Of a DNA stretch of 64,000 nt, positions 1-13,542 are shown in pieces. The position numbers and the translations under genes are program-made. This DNA is from Chiloscyllium plagiosum (lineage: Eukaryota), in NCBI RefSeq assembly GCF_004010195.1, contig NC_057750.1:3406761-3470760 (forward strand). The letters run 5' to 3'. The notes beneath the pieces were generated by a model, which worked only from the letters and a program-made list of their open reading frames with translations, did no database searches and was not told the origin of the DNA. Every line of letters begins with the position of its first letter. Position 1 is the stretch's first letter.

Positions 1-837
1 TGGACATTTATCAAGATGTCACCATCTATTTCCCTACAGTCTATATCTTTCATGACCTTTTCCACAGAAATATTGATGTAAAATACTCGTTTTTAATCCC
101 AGCAGTGACTGTGGTTGATGCTGGACTATGCAAGGGCAAAGGATATATTAGCATAAGGGCAATAAGGGATGGAGGAATGAGTGGAGGGAATAAGTTGACA
201 CTAAATTGGCACAGCTTGTCTATATAGACACAGCAAATTGTTTGCTTTAGTGTGTTGTTTAATAGGCTATTTACTGAGTCAGTAGACTTTACTGAGTTAT
301 GTGGATAGGTAGGAGTCATGAATTGACACTAATTTGGCACAGCAACTATAAATCTCAGTGAGTACTGTGACATGGATTGATAAGGAATCACAAGGAGGCT
401 GTTGAAGTTGAAATGGGGGCCAGAATAGTTGGGGCATGAGGAGTGGGTGTAATGTGTAGTAGGCTGTGAGGGGTGAGCACATGGCAGCATGATACTTAAA
501 GTGCCAGAGAATTAAGGTGGGCCTTTTAACCAGCCTTCCTCACCACTTGGCGAATCCGACAGAGTTGTGTCCTGGATAGGCCCAGCTCTCTTCCCCTAAA
601 ACATGAGCGAGAATTGCACAATCCGGCACCATTTCTGAGGTGACTGTGCTGGGTGGGTCACTTCCTTACTCAAGCTACCTACCCAGTGCTGTAGTTTCCG
701 TTAAAAGATCTATTTCTTCTAGTTTGTTGAGATTCTTGTCACATAGACTTTGCAGACTGCTTGCTGTAGTGTGCTATTTAAATAGACAATTTACTGAGTA
801 ATAAACTTTACTGAGTCATACTCCATCCACTGACTAA

Positions 838-1413
838 TGTGACGAAGCTGCTCCTTTCACAGGGTTATGCAGTCCTTGGTTTTTTAAGAGAAGTCCTAAT
901 TGACACAGACTCCGATAAGTCTGGGATGTAGGGCTTTAGAGCCAATTTGATAATAACTAATAGATACTGTCTCAGGCAGAGGCTTTCAAGTTTTAAAGAC
1001 ACTTGCGCAATGAAAGGAGTGTGGCCAGTTCTCCCAGCTCAGCTTTGTTTTTTTTTAGCAGCAGTGTGAAAATAAGCTGCTGCACCCCAAAGAAGCAGAT
1101 CCTGACTGGTACTCTATCTCTGGTTTCTGTCCTTTAAGAACCTGTGTTTGATCTTACCTTTTGTGCCAAGGGGTGTTTATGGGGATTGTTGCAAGTATTT
1201 GGAACAGCCTCATTAAATTGGGATGATCTTTTGGGTTTTCGGAGAGGTTAGGTTATTCAGTATTCTGTTTCCTGTTGTTTGTGTTTCATTTAGTAAGCTT
1301 GTAAATAAATTCTGTTTTGTTTAAAGCTAAGTGGTTTGACCAGCTGATTCTCTCCTGGAATATCCACTGCACACCTGCTGAAAACAGCTAGCAAAGTTAG
1401 GGTCTGGGCTAAC
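838..1413 (+). repeat. LTR-like dispersed repeat
   Basis: Starts TGTGA, contains AATAAA (~1304); clear reverse-complement homologue at 37257-37844 and a related copy at about 59765-60267. Confidence 0.55.
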
Positions 1414-1428
1414 TTCTTGAAAGCAAGG

Positions 1429-1579
1429 AGAAAGTGAGGTCTGCAGATGCTGGAGATCAGAGCTGAAAATGTGTTGCTGGAAAAGCGCAGCAGGTCAGGC
1501 AGCATCCAGGGAACAGGAGAATCGACGTTTCGGGCATAAGCCCTTCTTCAGGAAATCCTTTCCAGCAACACATTTTCAG
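1429..1579 (-). mobile_element. Short Penelope-like (Neptune-type) derivative with hammerhead motif, inverted end and 15-bp TSD
   Basis: Flanked by ttcttgaaagcaagg (1414-1428 and 1580-1594); 1560-1579 is the reverse complement of 1463-1482; same family as 18480, 29093 and the 3' end of 34641-35628. Confidence 0.8.
1524..1551 (-). ncRNA. Minimal hammerhead ribozyme motif
   Basis: Minus strand CUGAAGA-A-GGGC-UUAU-GCCC-GAAA-CGUC. Confidence 0.7.
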
Positions 1580-1845
1580 TTCTTGAAAGCAAGGTCCCAC
1601 TTTCTCAACCTTACCCTCTCCTGAGGTGTGGTGACCCTCAGCTTAAACCGCAACCAGTCAACTTCTCTCCCTCTCTCTCTCTCTTTAAAATGAGAGAGCA
1701 GTGCTAGTGTCTTCTGGGACTATGGCAACTTTGCTTTTGCCTTCAAATAATTATTTGATTCAATGGTGTCAATGGACATTTTGATATTGTTCATGATGCT
1801 GCATCTCTCTTTAACAATCATTGCTGATTTATTATGTCTTGACAG

Positions 1846-2008
1846 CTGAGTGAGCAATATGGACCTGTGTACACCGTCTGGTTTGGTACCTACCCTGCAG
1901 TGGTGCTATGTGGTTTTGACACTATTAAAGAAGCGCTGATTGAGCGAGGGAATGACTTTGGCAGTAGGTACCCTCTTCCAACGCTCCATAAAGCATCAGA
2001 AGGCTACG
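1846..2008 (+). CDS. CYP2 gene A exon 2
   Basis: gacag|CTGAGT...GGCTACG|gtgag, 163 bp; LSEQYGPVYTVWFGTYPAVVLCGFDTIKEALIERGNDFGSRYPLPTLHKASEGY. Confidence 0.95.
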
Positions 2009-2649
2009 GTGAGAACTTGTTTTTTTTCTCTAACAGCCACGCTTTTGGTCTCATAAGATTTGAGCATTTGGAGTTATGGAATGTACAACAGATGATGAGG
2101 TCATTGGGCCATTGAACTGTAACCACTACTAGATTGTCAGTTGGATTTATCTTACTTCCATTACCTTTCCCTATGTATATTTATATAGTTTTTCTTTTAG
2201 AAATTATTTACTTTAACTTCTGCCTAATTCATTCAGCGATAGTGATAATTCTCTGCTACCTTGTTGAAATAAAACAACTCATCTACCTGCTTCCAACCTA
2301 TCATAGAAATATAACATTGGCTTTTACAAAATTTATTTTTCCATTTTTTCTTCCCAAAAAGTCCTAACCAATGAATACATTCACTGCTATTAAAGCATAC
2401 ATGGCAACCAATGAGCATTGGCATAAATGATCAGGTAATCTGATTTTAGAGATGGTTGAAGTATAGGCTAGGATACCCCTGCATTTCAAATAATTCAGTA
2501 GGATTTTCACATTCAGATTGACCTGGGTTTAACACCCTAACTCCACAACTCTGCCTAAAGACAGAATTCTCTCTGCATTGGACTGAAATGTTATTCTAGG
2601 TTATACACTGAAATTCTAGAGAGAGATTAAATCCACAGTCTTCTGACTT

Positions 2650-2969
2650 AGAATTATAGAATCCCTACAGTGTGGAAGTCGGCCATTCAGCCCATCAAGT
2701 CCACACCGATCCTTCGAAGAGCATCCCATCCCGACCATGGCACCCCTGCAATCCAGCATTTCCGCTGGCTAATCCACTTTGCCTGCACATCCCTGGACAT
2801 TATGGCCAATTTAGGCATTGCCAATCTACCTAACCTGCACATCTTTGGACTTGGGAGGAAACCCATGCAGACACGGGGGGAATGTGTAAATGTCATACAG
2901 ACAGTCGCCCTAGGGTGGAATCAAATCCAAGTCACTGGTGCTGTGAGGCAGCAGTGCTAACCACTGTGC
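2650..2969 (-). mobile_element. HE1-like tRNA-derived V-SINE
   Basis: Minus strand tRNA head (cagtggttagcactgctgcctcacagc), V-SINE-like core, CR1-like tail. Confidence 0.8.
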
Positions 2970-3906
2970 ATCTGCTTCTTATACTCAAAATAATCTATCT
3001 TTGACCAGGTTATCCATCCTAATATCAGCTTGTTTAGCTTAGTGCCAATTTTTGTCTTGATTATGGTTCAGAGGTGTCTTGGAACCTTTCCTATGTAGAA
3101 GTTATATACATGCAAGCCAACTGTTGCTGTTAAAAACCACAATAACCAGGGACTGTACTGCAAAAATGCCACTTTCGACAAATTGAAATTAGAGAGGTAT
3201 CAACAGAAAGGGCACACAAAGGCTTACTGATGGACAAACAACTCTTGCAGTGGCCTGAGATCCAAATGTCTCTATCTGTTCTGTCCTGCAGATACATCTA
3301 GGCCAATGGAGAGAAGCATGTTACCAATTGAATCAAGTTGGCATCTCCAAGTTTAGTGCCATTCTGTCACAATGCTTTCAGTTTTGTACTTTGCCCTGAA
3401 GGAAATTATTTTGTTTCTGGTGATTCAGTTGAGGACAAACCCAGAGTTCTTTTTGAATCCAAAATAGGAGATAGCACCTTGATTCAATACCTCTTCTGCA
3501 GGACAACACTTTGACAATGCAGGATTCCCTCAGAACTAAGTATCAGACTAGGTCAAGATGAAGTCATGAGTGGGCCATCAACAAATGTGCGCAGGTTTGA
3601 GTAAAAACATTTAATCTACTGAAGTGGACACTCTGCACAGCCTCAAGGTTCAATATTGAGTCGAACAACATTCTCTGCGAACATTTTATATATTTTTTTT
3701 GCTGTTATTTCCTCTCTTGTTTTTCTCTCTGATGTTCCTTTGCATTTTGAAAGCAGCAATTTAGGATCCTGACCTTAGACCTTGAGATAGATATTTTGTT
3801 TGTCTTTGTACCATAAATCTTTTTGGCATTTAATCTTGCTTTCCTTCCAGCCCATCACAGACTTCCCTTTTTGTTTCCCTACCTATGATTTTCAACTTCA
3901 TAGAAG

Positions 3907-4189
3907 ATCATAGAATCCCAACAGTGTGGAAGCAAGCCATTTGGACTATCAAGTGCACACTCCAAAGAGCATCCCACCTAGACCTCCCAGCTTATCCCTG
4001 TAACCCTGCATTTCTCACCTAACTGGCACATCTTTGGAATGTGGGAGGAAACCGGAGCATCTGGAGGAAACCCACGCAGACACAGGGAGAATGTGCAAAC
4101 TCCATACTGACAGTCACCCGAGGCTGGAATCGAATCCATGTGTTTGGCACTGTGAGGCAGTAGTGCTAACCTCTGGGCCACCATTCTGC
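3907..4189 (-). mobile_element. HE1-like V-SINE
   Basis: Core gtttgcacattctccctgtgtctgcgtgggtttcctcc on the minus strand. Confidence 0.8.
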
Positions 4190-4463
4190 CTCTTACACAA
4201 ATGCTATTACGTTTCTAACTTTTTAAGTTTCTCTCTCCATTGTCACTGCAAGACGTGCTGAGTATTTCTATATGTTTTTATTTAATATTTCTAGAGTTTA
4301 CAGACTTCTGTTGTTCCACCTGGAAGAATGGCCACGTGAATGATGTATGGTTGGCAGCTGTGGGAAAGGGGAGAAAAGAGATTCCAAATATTAAGCACAT
4401 TTAGTCCACACACAATTGAAATTCAGCATAGCTAACTTTCACTCATTAATATCTCTTTTGCAG

Positions 4464-4613
4464 GAGTTATTGCCAGTAGTGGGGAGAGATGGAAACAGCT
4501 CAGGAGATTCTCTCTTAGCACCTTGAGGAATTTTGGAATGGGGAAAAAAAGCATTGAAGAGCGAATCCAAGAAGAAGCACAGTTTCTAGTTAAAGCTTTC
4601 AGAAATAAAAAAG
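4464..4613 (+). CDS. CYP2 gene A exon 3
   Basis: ttgcag|GAGTT...AAAAAAG|gtttga, 150 bp; [49 protein letters not shown] (WxxxR). Confidence 0.95.
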
Positions 4614-7600
4614 GTTTGACTAAATTACTAATGCATTATTTTCAATAAATAGAAATAGATTTATATTTTTCCAAGCTCCAAATTATGGATACATGAGGGT
4701 GACTGACAGACATGAGTGGGAATGGATAACAGATATGTAAGGTCAGGTATGACATGATGACTTCAGTTTAAAAATTAATTTAAAATACAATCTCCAGTAA
4801 GCTAAGATGTGTCTTGAGACACAACAAATGTTAATTTAACAAAGCAGAGTTGATGTATAATTCCAGTCACCTTGGAAGACAGTCATCACCAGCACAGCAA
4901 ACTATAGAGGTCATCAGTTTAAAGAATCCATTTAATTTTTTTTTTGTTTTTGGATTGTGAACCAAAATGGAAAAATAATACTGCTCTACACCAAGGAAAT
5001 TGGGGAAGGAGATGTTGCAGTTTTAGAACAAGTTAGTGGAACTGACACTGTTGTTTTGTTCAAATTGTGTGAGAGGATTGCTGGACTTGTTGGCACTGGG
5101 GACATATATTTAAGGCAGCTTTGTACAGAGACAGTTTGTTGATTGTTTTCAATCAGGACAAATTTGTGTGAGTCAGGATTTGCTCAGCATGACGAAAATG
5201 CTTTGATTGGCTGCTGGGCTGGTGGACAATCTCTGTGTGAACAGAACAGGGGTATAAAGACTCCAGACTCTTACAAGGTGGTATTTCTCTCTTCCTGCAG
5301 AAATGTAACAAAGAATTAGAAGATAACTAGCTATTCTCACTCACCATTTGCCTAAAAACTGGTGTCTCTAACCAGTAACTGAGAAACTGAATAATTAATC
5401 TGTCGACAGCCTCTGTCGGCAGTAAAGAACTGAATATATTTGCAAAGAAGAGTATAGATCAGAAGGACTCTAAAGAAGCAAAATGACACCTCATTGAATC
5501 CTGTGGGTAATACTTTTGACGGTGTTCCCCTAATATGTTTTCTCCACCCATCATACCTGATTTTTGGTTTATCTATCTGTCTGCATATAGGGCTCTAAGA
5601 AGATAGAATTATAAGTTGATGATTCATATTTTGTTTGCCTCCAGTTCAAAATAAACAGAAATAGTAGTAAGTACAGAAAACTTGCCAGTGTTTTCTGTTA
5701 ACCTGGGTTCATCAGACATAAAAATCGGGAACTTTGAGTAATTTGATTAACTCTAACTTTTGTGAAGATCATGGGAATAGTGGGGCTAGAGTACCTGTGT
5801 ACTTTCCCAACTGTTGTGACATCAGGACATCACATTGGATAATGGACATGATTCAATGATGTGGGAACTGGTTTGCATTTCTCGTCAGAGATTTTGCTTG
5901 TTACAAAGGCCCCATTGATGAAGATTTAAGGCACACTGCCCATGAACAGTTCTGGATTATTGAGAAATTCCCAATTTTCGAGGCCAAGTGAAATCTGGCT
6001 GATGATCTACAGCTTCAGACATGATATAATTATTTATCAGAGCAAATGCTATTTGCTCTTCAGGTATGGAAAAGGTAAAAGAATGACCATACTGAGTATC
6101 AACAAGAAAGCTATTCTGTTAATAAAACAGTAATTTATTAGTAAATCAGTGAATTGCAATTACATTTTCTGTATTTTTTTCATCAATTTTGCTACCATAG
6201 CTGAATGACGGAGACTTTGTGGTGCTATGTTGCACTGGTGACCATGACAGTGATGCAGGCAACGTTCCGGAGCTATCTACCATTGCTCCTTACCACAGTG
6301 ACCATTCCCTCAAGAGACAAGGAACAATGATTCTCATAACTAGACTTCAGTTGCTTGCTTTCCCCAAGATTCAATGGATTGCACCAATAAATCCACTGAC
6401 CATTATTGACAAAATGACTGACTACAGCCTACTCCCCTGATTGATTTGATAGGAGAGTGCTGAATGACCACAGCCCATCACCAGACTACAGCACCCTGCC
6501 TGACTTAGCTCTAATCACCAACTGCTTGCATTTGACCTACAGGATTAACTATGGCCCAATTCTGTTTGCAAGGAGATAAATAACAGGATTCAAAAAGAAT
6601 GAAGTGTCTAACTGACTATGGACAACTCCCTGTGGTATTTTTGTATGAACCATAACTCTGATGTTACTGTAGTCCCTCTTCACATCACTATAGTTTGCTC
6701 CCCCATGACTTTCACATAGTGTCATTGCTTCAAGTATATGCAGTGTATTTGCTACATAAACCGCTGGCCCATGGTGGAAGTCTGATATTGACGTAGGCAC
6801 TGTGCTACACAGTGACATGTCCAGCCCCTGACTGACTGACTGTTCAGTCCTCCCTCCTTCACAATGTGCATTAAAAAGCAGTGCAAGCCAGAGAGGCTGG
6901 CAAACTGTAAACCAGCATTTAAGACCTTGTGTGCTAAGAAAGCAATATGACCCCACACAAGCCTTGAAAGCCTGTAAGTCAGGAATGACATCAATGTGCA
7001 GTAAGAAAGTAATTTGAAGCAGGCAGAGACTGGCAGCCTTCAAGTCAGCACGAAAGTGGTAACTACTCAGGAAGCATGCTAAAAACAATAAGATGTTCGT
7101 GTCAACGTGAATGCAAAAGCATCCCATGTGGATGCAATCAGTTCCCACATGCAAAGGGATCAGGCAGAAGCAATTCAAATCCTAGGTGTCCTTGATCTCC
7201 AAAGTAAAGCAGTGAACAGCTGAAATGGTATCTGAGTTGATTCCCAAGCAGGCGTGATGTGGTGAAGCAGGTGGTGTGCCAATGCAGACCTGTGTGGATG
7301 AAGGGTTCAGGTAGATGGTGGCCATGGACCAAGCGAGGACATTGTTCAGAAGAAGCAGATGCATGATGACCTGGACAAGCATCAGTCAGCTGCAGCTGCC
7401 AGGTACCTGCCCTGATTTACCTGATGGGAATTTACTCAGTCTAATTTCTCAGCAGAAGAGAGGAGAATTGGAAGTGACATATCATGGGGTGAGTTGGATT
7501 TTAATGACATGCAAATGCATAGAAATGAGATCGGAGCACTCGAGATTTCGAAGTCACCATTTAAAGCATGAGGGGAAAATCATGATTATTTTCTTTAATG

Positions 7601-7771
7601 AATTTTTTTCATTCTTTTTGTGTTTTCCCACCTTTCTTGCCATTACTCTCACCATACCAGGGAGAAGAAAATTCTACCCCTGAGTTTTAAATGTCAATAA
7701 AATATTTGTCTGCATTGGATTGCTGGTGCAACACTTTATGCTTTTCTAACTGACCTTTCTCATGGTATCAG

Positions 7772-7932
7772 AGAGCCCATTTAATCCAGATTTTCTGATG
7801 AGATGTGCAGCATCGAATATCATCTGTTCCATTGTCTTTGGAGATCGCTTTGAATATGGAGATAAGGAATTTCTCTCATTATTGGAAATGATTGCAGACA
7901 ATGGCCGAATTTTAAGTGGACCCTGGGTGCAG
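7772..7932 (+). CDS. CYP2 gene A exon 4
   Basis: atcag|AGAGC...GTGCAG|gtact, 161 bp; SPFNPDFLMRCAASNIICSIVFGDRFEYGDKEFLSLLEMIADNGRILSGPWVQ. Confidence 0.95.
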
Positions 7933-8019
7933 GTACTACCATTTTTTCTTTTAGGTCATAGTGTTTCTGAAACTCTGTACATAAGTCATTAAAAACGTTC
8001 ACAATAAACATAAACATTA

Positions 8020-8585
8020 TCAAAAGTTGAATGCTGGCCCTTAGAGAGAACTAGAATACAACGAAGTAGAAAGTGACACTTAGTTATGCAAAGTCTTGAT
8101 TAGACTTCACTTGGTGAGCAGTTCTATTAATCATTCCTTAAGTAATATATATTGGCTTTGGCTAGAGTCCAGTGCGAATTTATTAAAATGATAACTGGCT
8201 CCAAAGGTTAAATCTTGAGGATATATTAGAGTTGTGTTCACTGGAAATTAAAAGGTTAAGGATTATTTCCAGATGTTAAAGGGCTGACAGAGTGGATGGT
8301 AAGAAACCAATTTCCACTGACTGCAGAATCTAGGATTACAGGACATAGCCAAAACATTAGAGCCAGACCTTTCAGGATTGAATTAAGAAATGTTTCTACA
8401 CGCAAGGTGTGGTAGACATTTGGAATTCTTTCCTCCTAAATGAAGTTGATGCAGAGTCAATTGATAGTTTAAATCTGTAGTTGATAGATCTCTACTAAAC
8501 AAAGCTATTGAGGTTTTTGGAGCAGTTATTTGCAATCTGGTCATAGAACAAATGGAATAGGCTACGGGGCTAAATAGTATCCTCT
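8020..8585 (+). mobile_element. Old CR1 LINE 3' fragment
   Basis: Decayed similarity to the CR1 ORF2 C-terminus (ttctacacgcaagg...tggaattct). Confidence 0.55.
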
Positions 8586-9092
8586 AGTTACTTCATTCCT
8601 AACTCTAAACTGGTCAAGATTTTTAAATGATGCTCAGTGAGAAAGAGGATGAAACTCAAGATTTAAAAAAAAAAGTTAGATCAGTTGCAAATTTGGAAAC
8701 GAAGTGATAAATTCCCGGTTGATAGATGTAAATTGCTTGGTCAGGTCCGCCTTAGTGCTGGGTACCACATGACAATACTGGCACAAGCATGGTCAAGATT
8801 GAGGGTGGGGCTAGAAGGAAATGAACCCAAGACTAATGGCGGTAGCACCATGAAGAAATTATGATTAGGCTAGGATCTGAAATATTAGGTAGTTACCGTC
8901 TTGTGGGAGCTCAGACTATTATTTCAACTTAAGGCAGACAAGCCTTAGAAGAGGACAATTAGTGAGAAGTAAACTTAAAACCAGTGTCAGGACTAATTCC
9001 TTCACTTAAAAATAAGAACTGTTTGGGATATTGGAAGTGTTACAATCCAGTTAGGGACCATGAACATTTAAAAATAAATCCAAATCTCTTAC

Positions 9093-9455
9093 AGTCATAG
9101 AATCATAGAGATGTATATCATGGAAACAGACCCTTCGGTCCAACCTGTCCATGCCGACCAGATATCCCAACCCAATCTAGTCCCACCTGCCAGCACCCAG
9201 CCCATATCCCTCCAAACCCTTCCTATTCATATACCCATCCAAATGCCTCTTAAATGTTGCAATTGTACCAGCCTCCACTACTTCCTCTGGCAGCTCATTC
9301 CATANNNNNNNNNNNNNNNNNNNNNNNNNNNNNNNNNNNNNNNNNNNNNNNNNNNNNNNNNNNNNNNNNNNNNNNNNNNNNNNNNNNNNNNNNNNNNNNN
9401 NNNNNGCAACATGACCTCCCAACTCCTGTACTCAATACTCCGACCAATAAAAGAA
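9093..9455 (-). mobile_element. CR1 (HER1-like) LINE 3' end
   Basis: WNELPEEVVEAGTIATFKRHLDGYM and ctatgact/ctatgatt tail; gap 9305-9405. Confidence 0.85.
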
Positions 9456-10520
9456 AGCATATCTTGTTTTATATAACAGAACTAAACCACAAGATTTCAG
9501 TTACTTTGGTAAGGAAACAGAATTTTATTGCACATTCTGTAAAAACATTAACAGAACAAAACCATTAACTTGGGATAGTTTATGTTATGCATTCAGATTT
9601 ACTACTTAGTTCCCTCAAGAATTTTCTTTTGAGATGCATCAACCTAGAAATTATTTACTTTGAAGGGGAGGAGGGGCATAGTCTGGCATTCGGTCATGGA
9701 GTTATTTGGGAAGATATAGTTTAGCTTAAGGGGATATAAGAGGATGTGGGGGATGGAACGAGTCCTGAGATCGAGGGGGAGTGAGGGGGCAGTCTTATTG
9801 TTGCTGAGACTGCCTTGGCTACCGGCTGTAGTTTCCTGCAAATATTTCTTAAAGTTGGCTGTCCCGATTGCAGCCTATATGCACCAGACCCAGCAAGCTC
9901 ATGCAGGTATTAGACTCGACCCTGAGTTTAAACAGTATAATTTCAGTCCATATAGAATATTCTAAAAGAAATTCCCTCTCATATCACATGATGCTCCTCT
10001 ATCCCTGTCTCCATAAACTTATAATCCATCAGTGATTCTCAATGTTTTTACAATCTCCAATTCGGCTTCCCAGCAGGATGATGCTACTGCTTTCTAAATG
10101 AACCCTCAAATCAACTATCTTCAATGGGTGCCTAGCCTACATGTTCACCATCCTCTTCAGATGGAGTAAGAGAGTTGAGTTTGAGTTAGCGGTGGGGTTT
10201 TGTCACTCAAGCCATGTGAATTTTATACTGATATCCTCTGTTTCTAAGTTAATCACTATCCTAACTATTCTTTTCATAATTGTAAAATCCTGTAATACAC
10301 CCTTTTCTCCAATGGAAACCTTAAATCCTTTCTTCCTAACTCCTCCTGGCTGGGAAGAGATGGTTCTCTCTATATCCCTTTTTGTGGCTTGTTTAGTACT
10401 AGATCAGGTGACTGTGTTTTTGATCCAATGTCCCATTTAAGGTATCTGATCCACACTAACTACTGACACGAGTTGTCCAGAAGGACTATTTTGATAATTA
10501 AAGTATTGTTTATTTTGCAG

Positions 10521-10697
10521 TTGTACAATAACTTCCCAAAGATTATGGAATTTCTGCCTGGGCCTCACAAAAGGATCTTCCAAAATGTATCAAGTTTGAG
10601 TGCATTTTTGAATAAAAGTATTCAAAGCCATAAAGAAAGTTTGCAGAAGCATTTCTCCAGGGATTATATCGACAGTTTCCTCATCAAGATGGATGAG
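10521..10697 (+). CDS. CYP2 gene A exon 5
   Basis: ttgcag|TTGTAC...GATGAG|gtact, 177 bp; LYNNFPKIMEFLPGPHK...RDYIDSFLIKMDE. Confidence 0.95.
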
Positions 10698-10923
10698 GTA
10701 CTTGGAGTAGTTTTCTTTTCATAACTGTATTCTTCAACACTCATATCTTCTTTAGTGAAAATTAATGATTTCTTGAGAACGGAGATCTGGTGAATGAAAC
10801 ACCAGTACATTGAGGCTATCACTGTCTAAATAAAACTATTTGGGAACTAGTGTTACAAATAAATGACTACATACAACACAAGGAGCTTTAATGTTTTTAT
10901 AAGTAGATTTTATTTTGTTTCAG

Positions 10924-11065
10924 GAGAAACACAACCTTGATTCAGAATTCAATGATAAGAACTTGTTGATGACGACAATGAATTTATTTCTGGCTGGAAC
11001 TGAAACAACTAGTACAACGCTGCGATGGGCTATCCAGATCCTGGCAAAATATCCACAGATTCAGG
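10924..11065 (+). CDS. CYP2 gene A exon 6 (I helix)
   Basis: ttcag|GAGAAA...CAGG|gtaag, 142 bp; [16 protein letters not shown]. Confidence 0.95.
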
Positions 11066-12412
11066 GTAAGTATCGTCACTTCTCTTCTTCCTGTTTTAGT
11101 TCCATGGCCTGAGATGTAGTCAAGAAGCAATCCAGGACTTGCCACCTATAACATTTCAGTTTCTTCTACTTCCACTGGTGGTTCCACCACCTTTGGTGAG
11201 GCCGATATTTTTGCACCTACCAGGTCGTTTCCCAAAATAAATTTCTGTGAAAAGAACTGATTTTGTTTCATTGCTCCCACTATAGCATTTCCATTTACCA
11301 AGTCATTTTTAAATCCAATTTCATATAATGAGAGTAGTTACCTCTGTGTACGTGTCCAGTTAATACTTTCTTCTTTTGTTTAACTCCCTCTGGAAGACAA
11401 ATAGTATCATCCTCCAGCATCAGTGACTCCCTTTTGCTCCAGTGTCATCCAATGGGTAGAATCTGAGAAGTCTGAGTAACATGGACTATGGCTAGGTGTA
11501 TGGCAAATTTCAGTGACAAGTACGGACTATCTCAGTGTTGAGATCATTCCGCTCCACCTTTTATGCTTTTCACAACAGACATGACAAGATCCTTGCCAGA
11601 GCGCAGTGAGTTTCTAATTGATGTTTATTATTAATAAACGCCCAGTTCATCAACTATTGTTAACACCCTGTTTGCCTCATTAATATTCACACTGCCATCT
11701 TACCAAATTCAAGCTTGATGTCAGGAAAACTCAACAAAGAAGGCAGAGCAGCTGATAGATTCAGCTAACCAAATGAACTCCAGTTTGGACACCAGGCACT
11801 GATATCTCAGGGCGCACTCCATGGGCACTGGCCACATACACCCCATGTCAATGACACAGGCATCCAACATGTGCCAGCCTCTAAGAACTTTCATGGCACA
11901 TCTCTGATCCATTAACAGGAATTATCTGAACTCCAAAGTTGCAGTGGTAATTGTCAGTGAAATGCTGTAGTAAGGATGCTCTGGAGCACATACCTACCTT
12001 ATGGACTGGACCAGGATACATCTCCAGGCTCTTTGCTCGCTTTTTTAGTGTTCACTCACTCTAAGCCTACCTTGATGTTCACAGCACCCTTGCTCTGCAT
12101 TGCCTTGTCTGTCTTTTTGCGCTTTGTCCCCTCAGCCAGAGATATCAGGTCCACATTGCTGCTGTCTTGCCCTTTAGTTCACAAGGCACAAAGGTTGTCA
12201 GGAAGCTTGGCATTGTTGTCAGCAGGCCTCATCACGTCAAGGGGATAGCCTTCCCTCAGAGGCAGTAACAGGAATACCTAAGGAACCCTCAGGATAGGGA
12301 CACTGAGAAAGACAATAGGTATAAGGACTTTGTACTATTAAAGACATGTTTCCTTATAATGATGGATCAGGACAATCATGAAAATTCCTCTTCAAATATT
12401 GGAGCCTGACTT

Positions 12413-13542
12413 CGGGGTGGGCAAGTTGTTGGAGGGAATCCTGAGGGACAGGAATGTACATGTATTTGGAAAGGCAAGGACTGATTAGGGATAGTCAACA
12501 TGGCTTTGTGCATGGGAAACCATGTCTCACAAACTTGTTTGAGTTTTTTGAAGAAGTAACAAAGAGGATTGATGAGGGCAGAGCAGTAGATGTGATCTAT
12601 ATGGACTTCATTAAGACGTTCAATAAGGTTCTCCATGGGAGACTGATTAGCAAGATTAGATCCCATGGAATACAGGGAGAACTAGCCATTTGGATACAGA
12701 ACTGGCTCAAAGATAGAAGACAGAGGGTGGTGGTGGAGGTTTGTTTTTCAGACTGGAGGTCTATTGACCAGTGGAGTGCCACAAGGATCGGTGCTGGGTC
12801 CTCTACATTTTGTCATTTACATAAATGATTTGGATGCGAGCATAAGAGGTACAGTTAGTAAGTTTGCAGATGACAGGTTTGGAGGTGTAGTGGACAGCGA
12901 AGCGGGTTACCTCAGATTACCACAGGATCTTGACCAGATGGGCCAATGGACTGAGAAGTGGCAGATAGAGTTTAATTCAGATAAATGTGAGGTGCTGCAT
13001 TTTGGGAAAGCAAATCTTAGCAGGATTTATACACTTAATTGTAAGGTCCTAGGTAGTGTTGCTGAACAAAGAGACCTTGGAGTGCAGGTTCATAGCTCCT
13101 TGAAAGTGGAGTCACNNNNNNNNNNNNNNNNNNNNNNNNNNNNNNNNNNNNNNNNNNNNNNNNNNNNNNNNNNNNNNNNNNNNNNNNNNNNNNNNNNNNN
13201 NNNNNNNNNNNNNNNNNNNNNNNNNNNNNNNNNNNNNNNNNNNNNNNNNNNNNNNNNNNNNNNNNNNNNNNNNNNNNNNNNNNNNNNNNNNNNNNNNNNN
13301 NNNNNNNNNNNNNNNNNNNNNNNNNGTGGTATGTGTATGGAATGAGCTGCCAGAGGAAGTGTTGGAGGTTGGTACAATTGCAACATTTAAGAGGCATTTG
13401 GATGGGTATATGAATAGGAAGGGTTTGGAGGGATATGGGCTGGGTGCTGGCAGGTGGGACTAGATTGGGTTGGGGTATTTGATCGGCACGGCCGGATTGG
13501 ACCGAAGGGTCTGTTTCTGTTCTGTACATCTCTATGACTCTA
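12413..13542 (+). mobile_element. CR1 LINE ORF2 fragment (RT to 3' end)
   Basis: DSQHGF, VIYMDF, GVPQGSVLGP, KFADD; tail tctatgactcta; gap 13116-13325. Confidence 0.9.

Noticed and set aside
1..1845. Exon 1 of gene A
   Set aside because: No membrane-anchor/proline-hinge exon found; it presumably lies upstream of the window, so gene A is not called a pseudogene
4956..5821. Possible solo LTR (TG...CA, TATA-like and AATAAA motifs)
   Set aside because: No second copy in the window and no clear TSD; not enough support
6549..7178. 209-aa minus-strand ORF in gene A intron 3
   Set aside because: No recognisable domain or splice context; likely a chance ORF in old repeat-derived sequence
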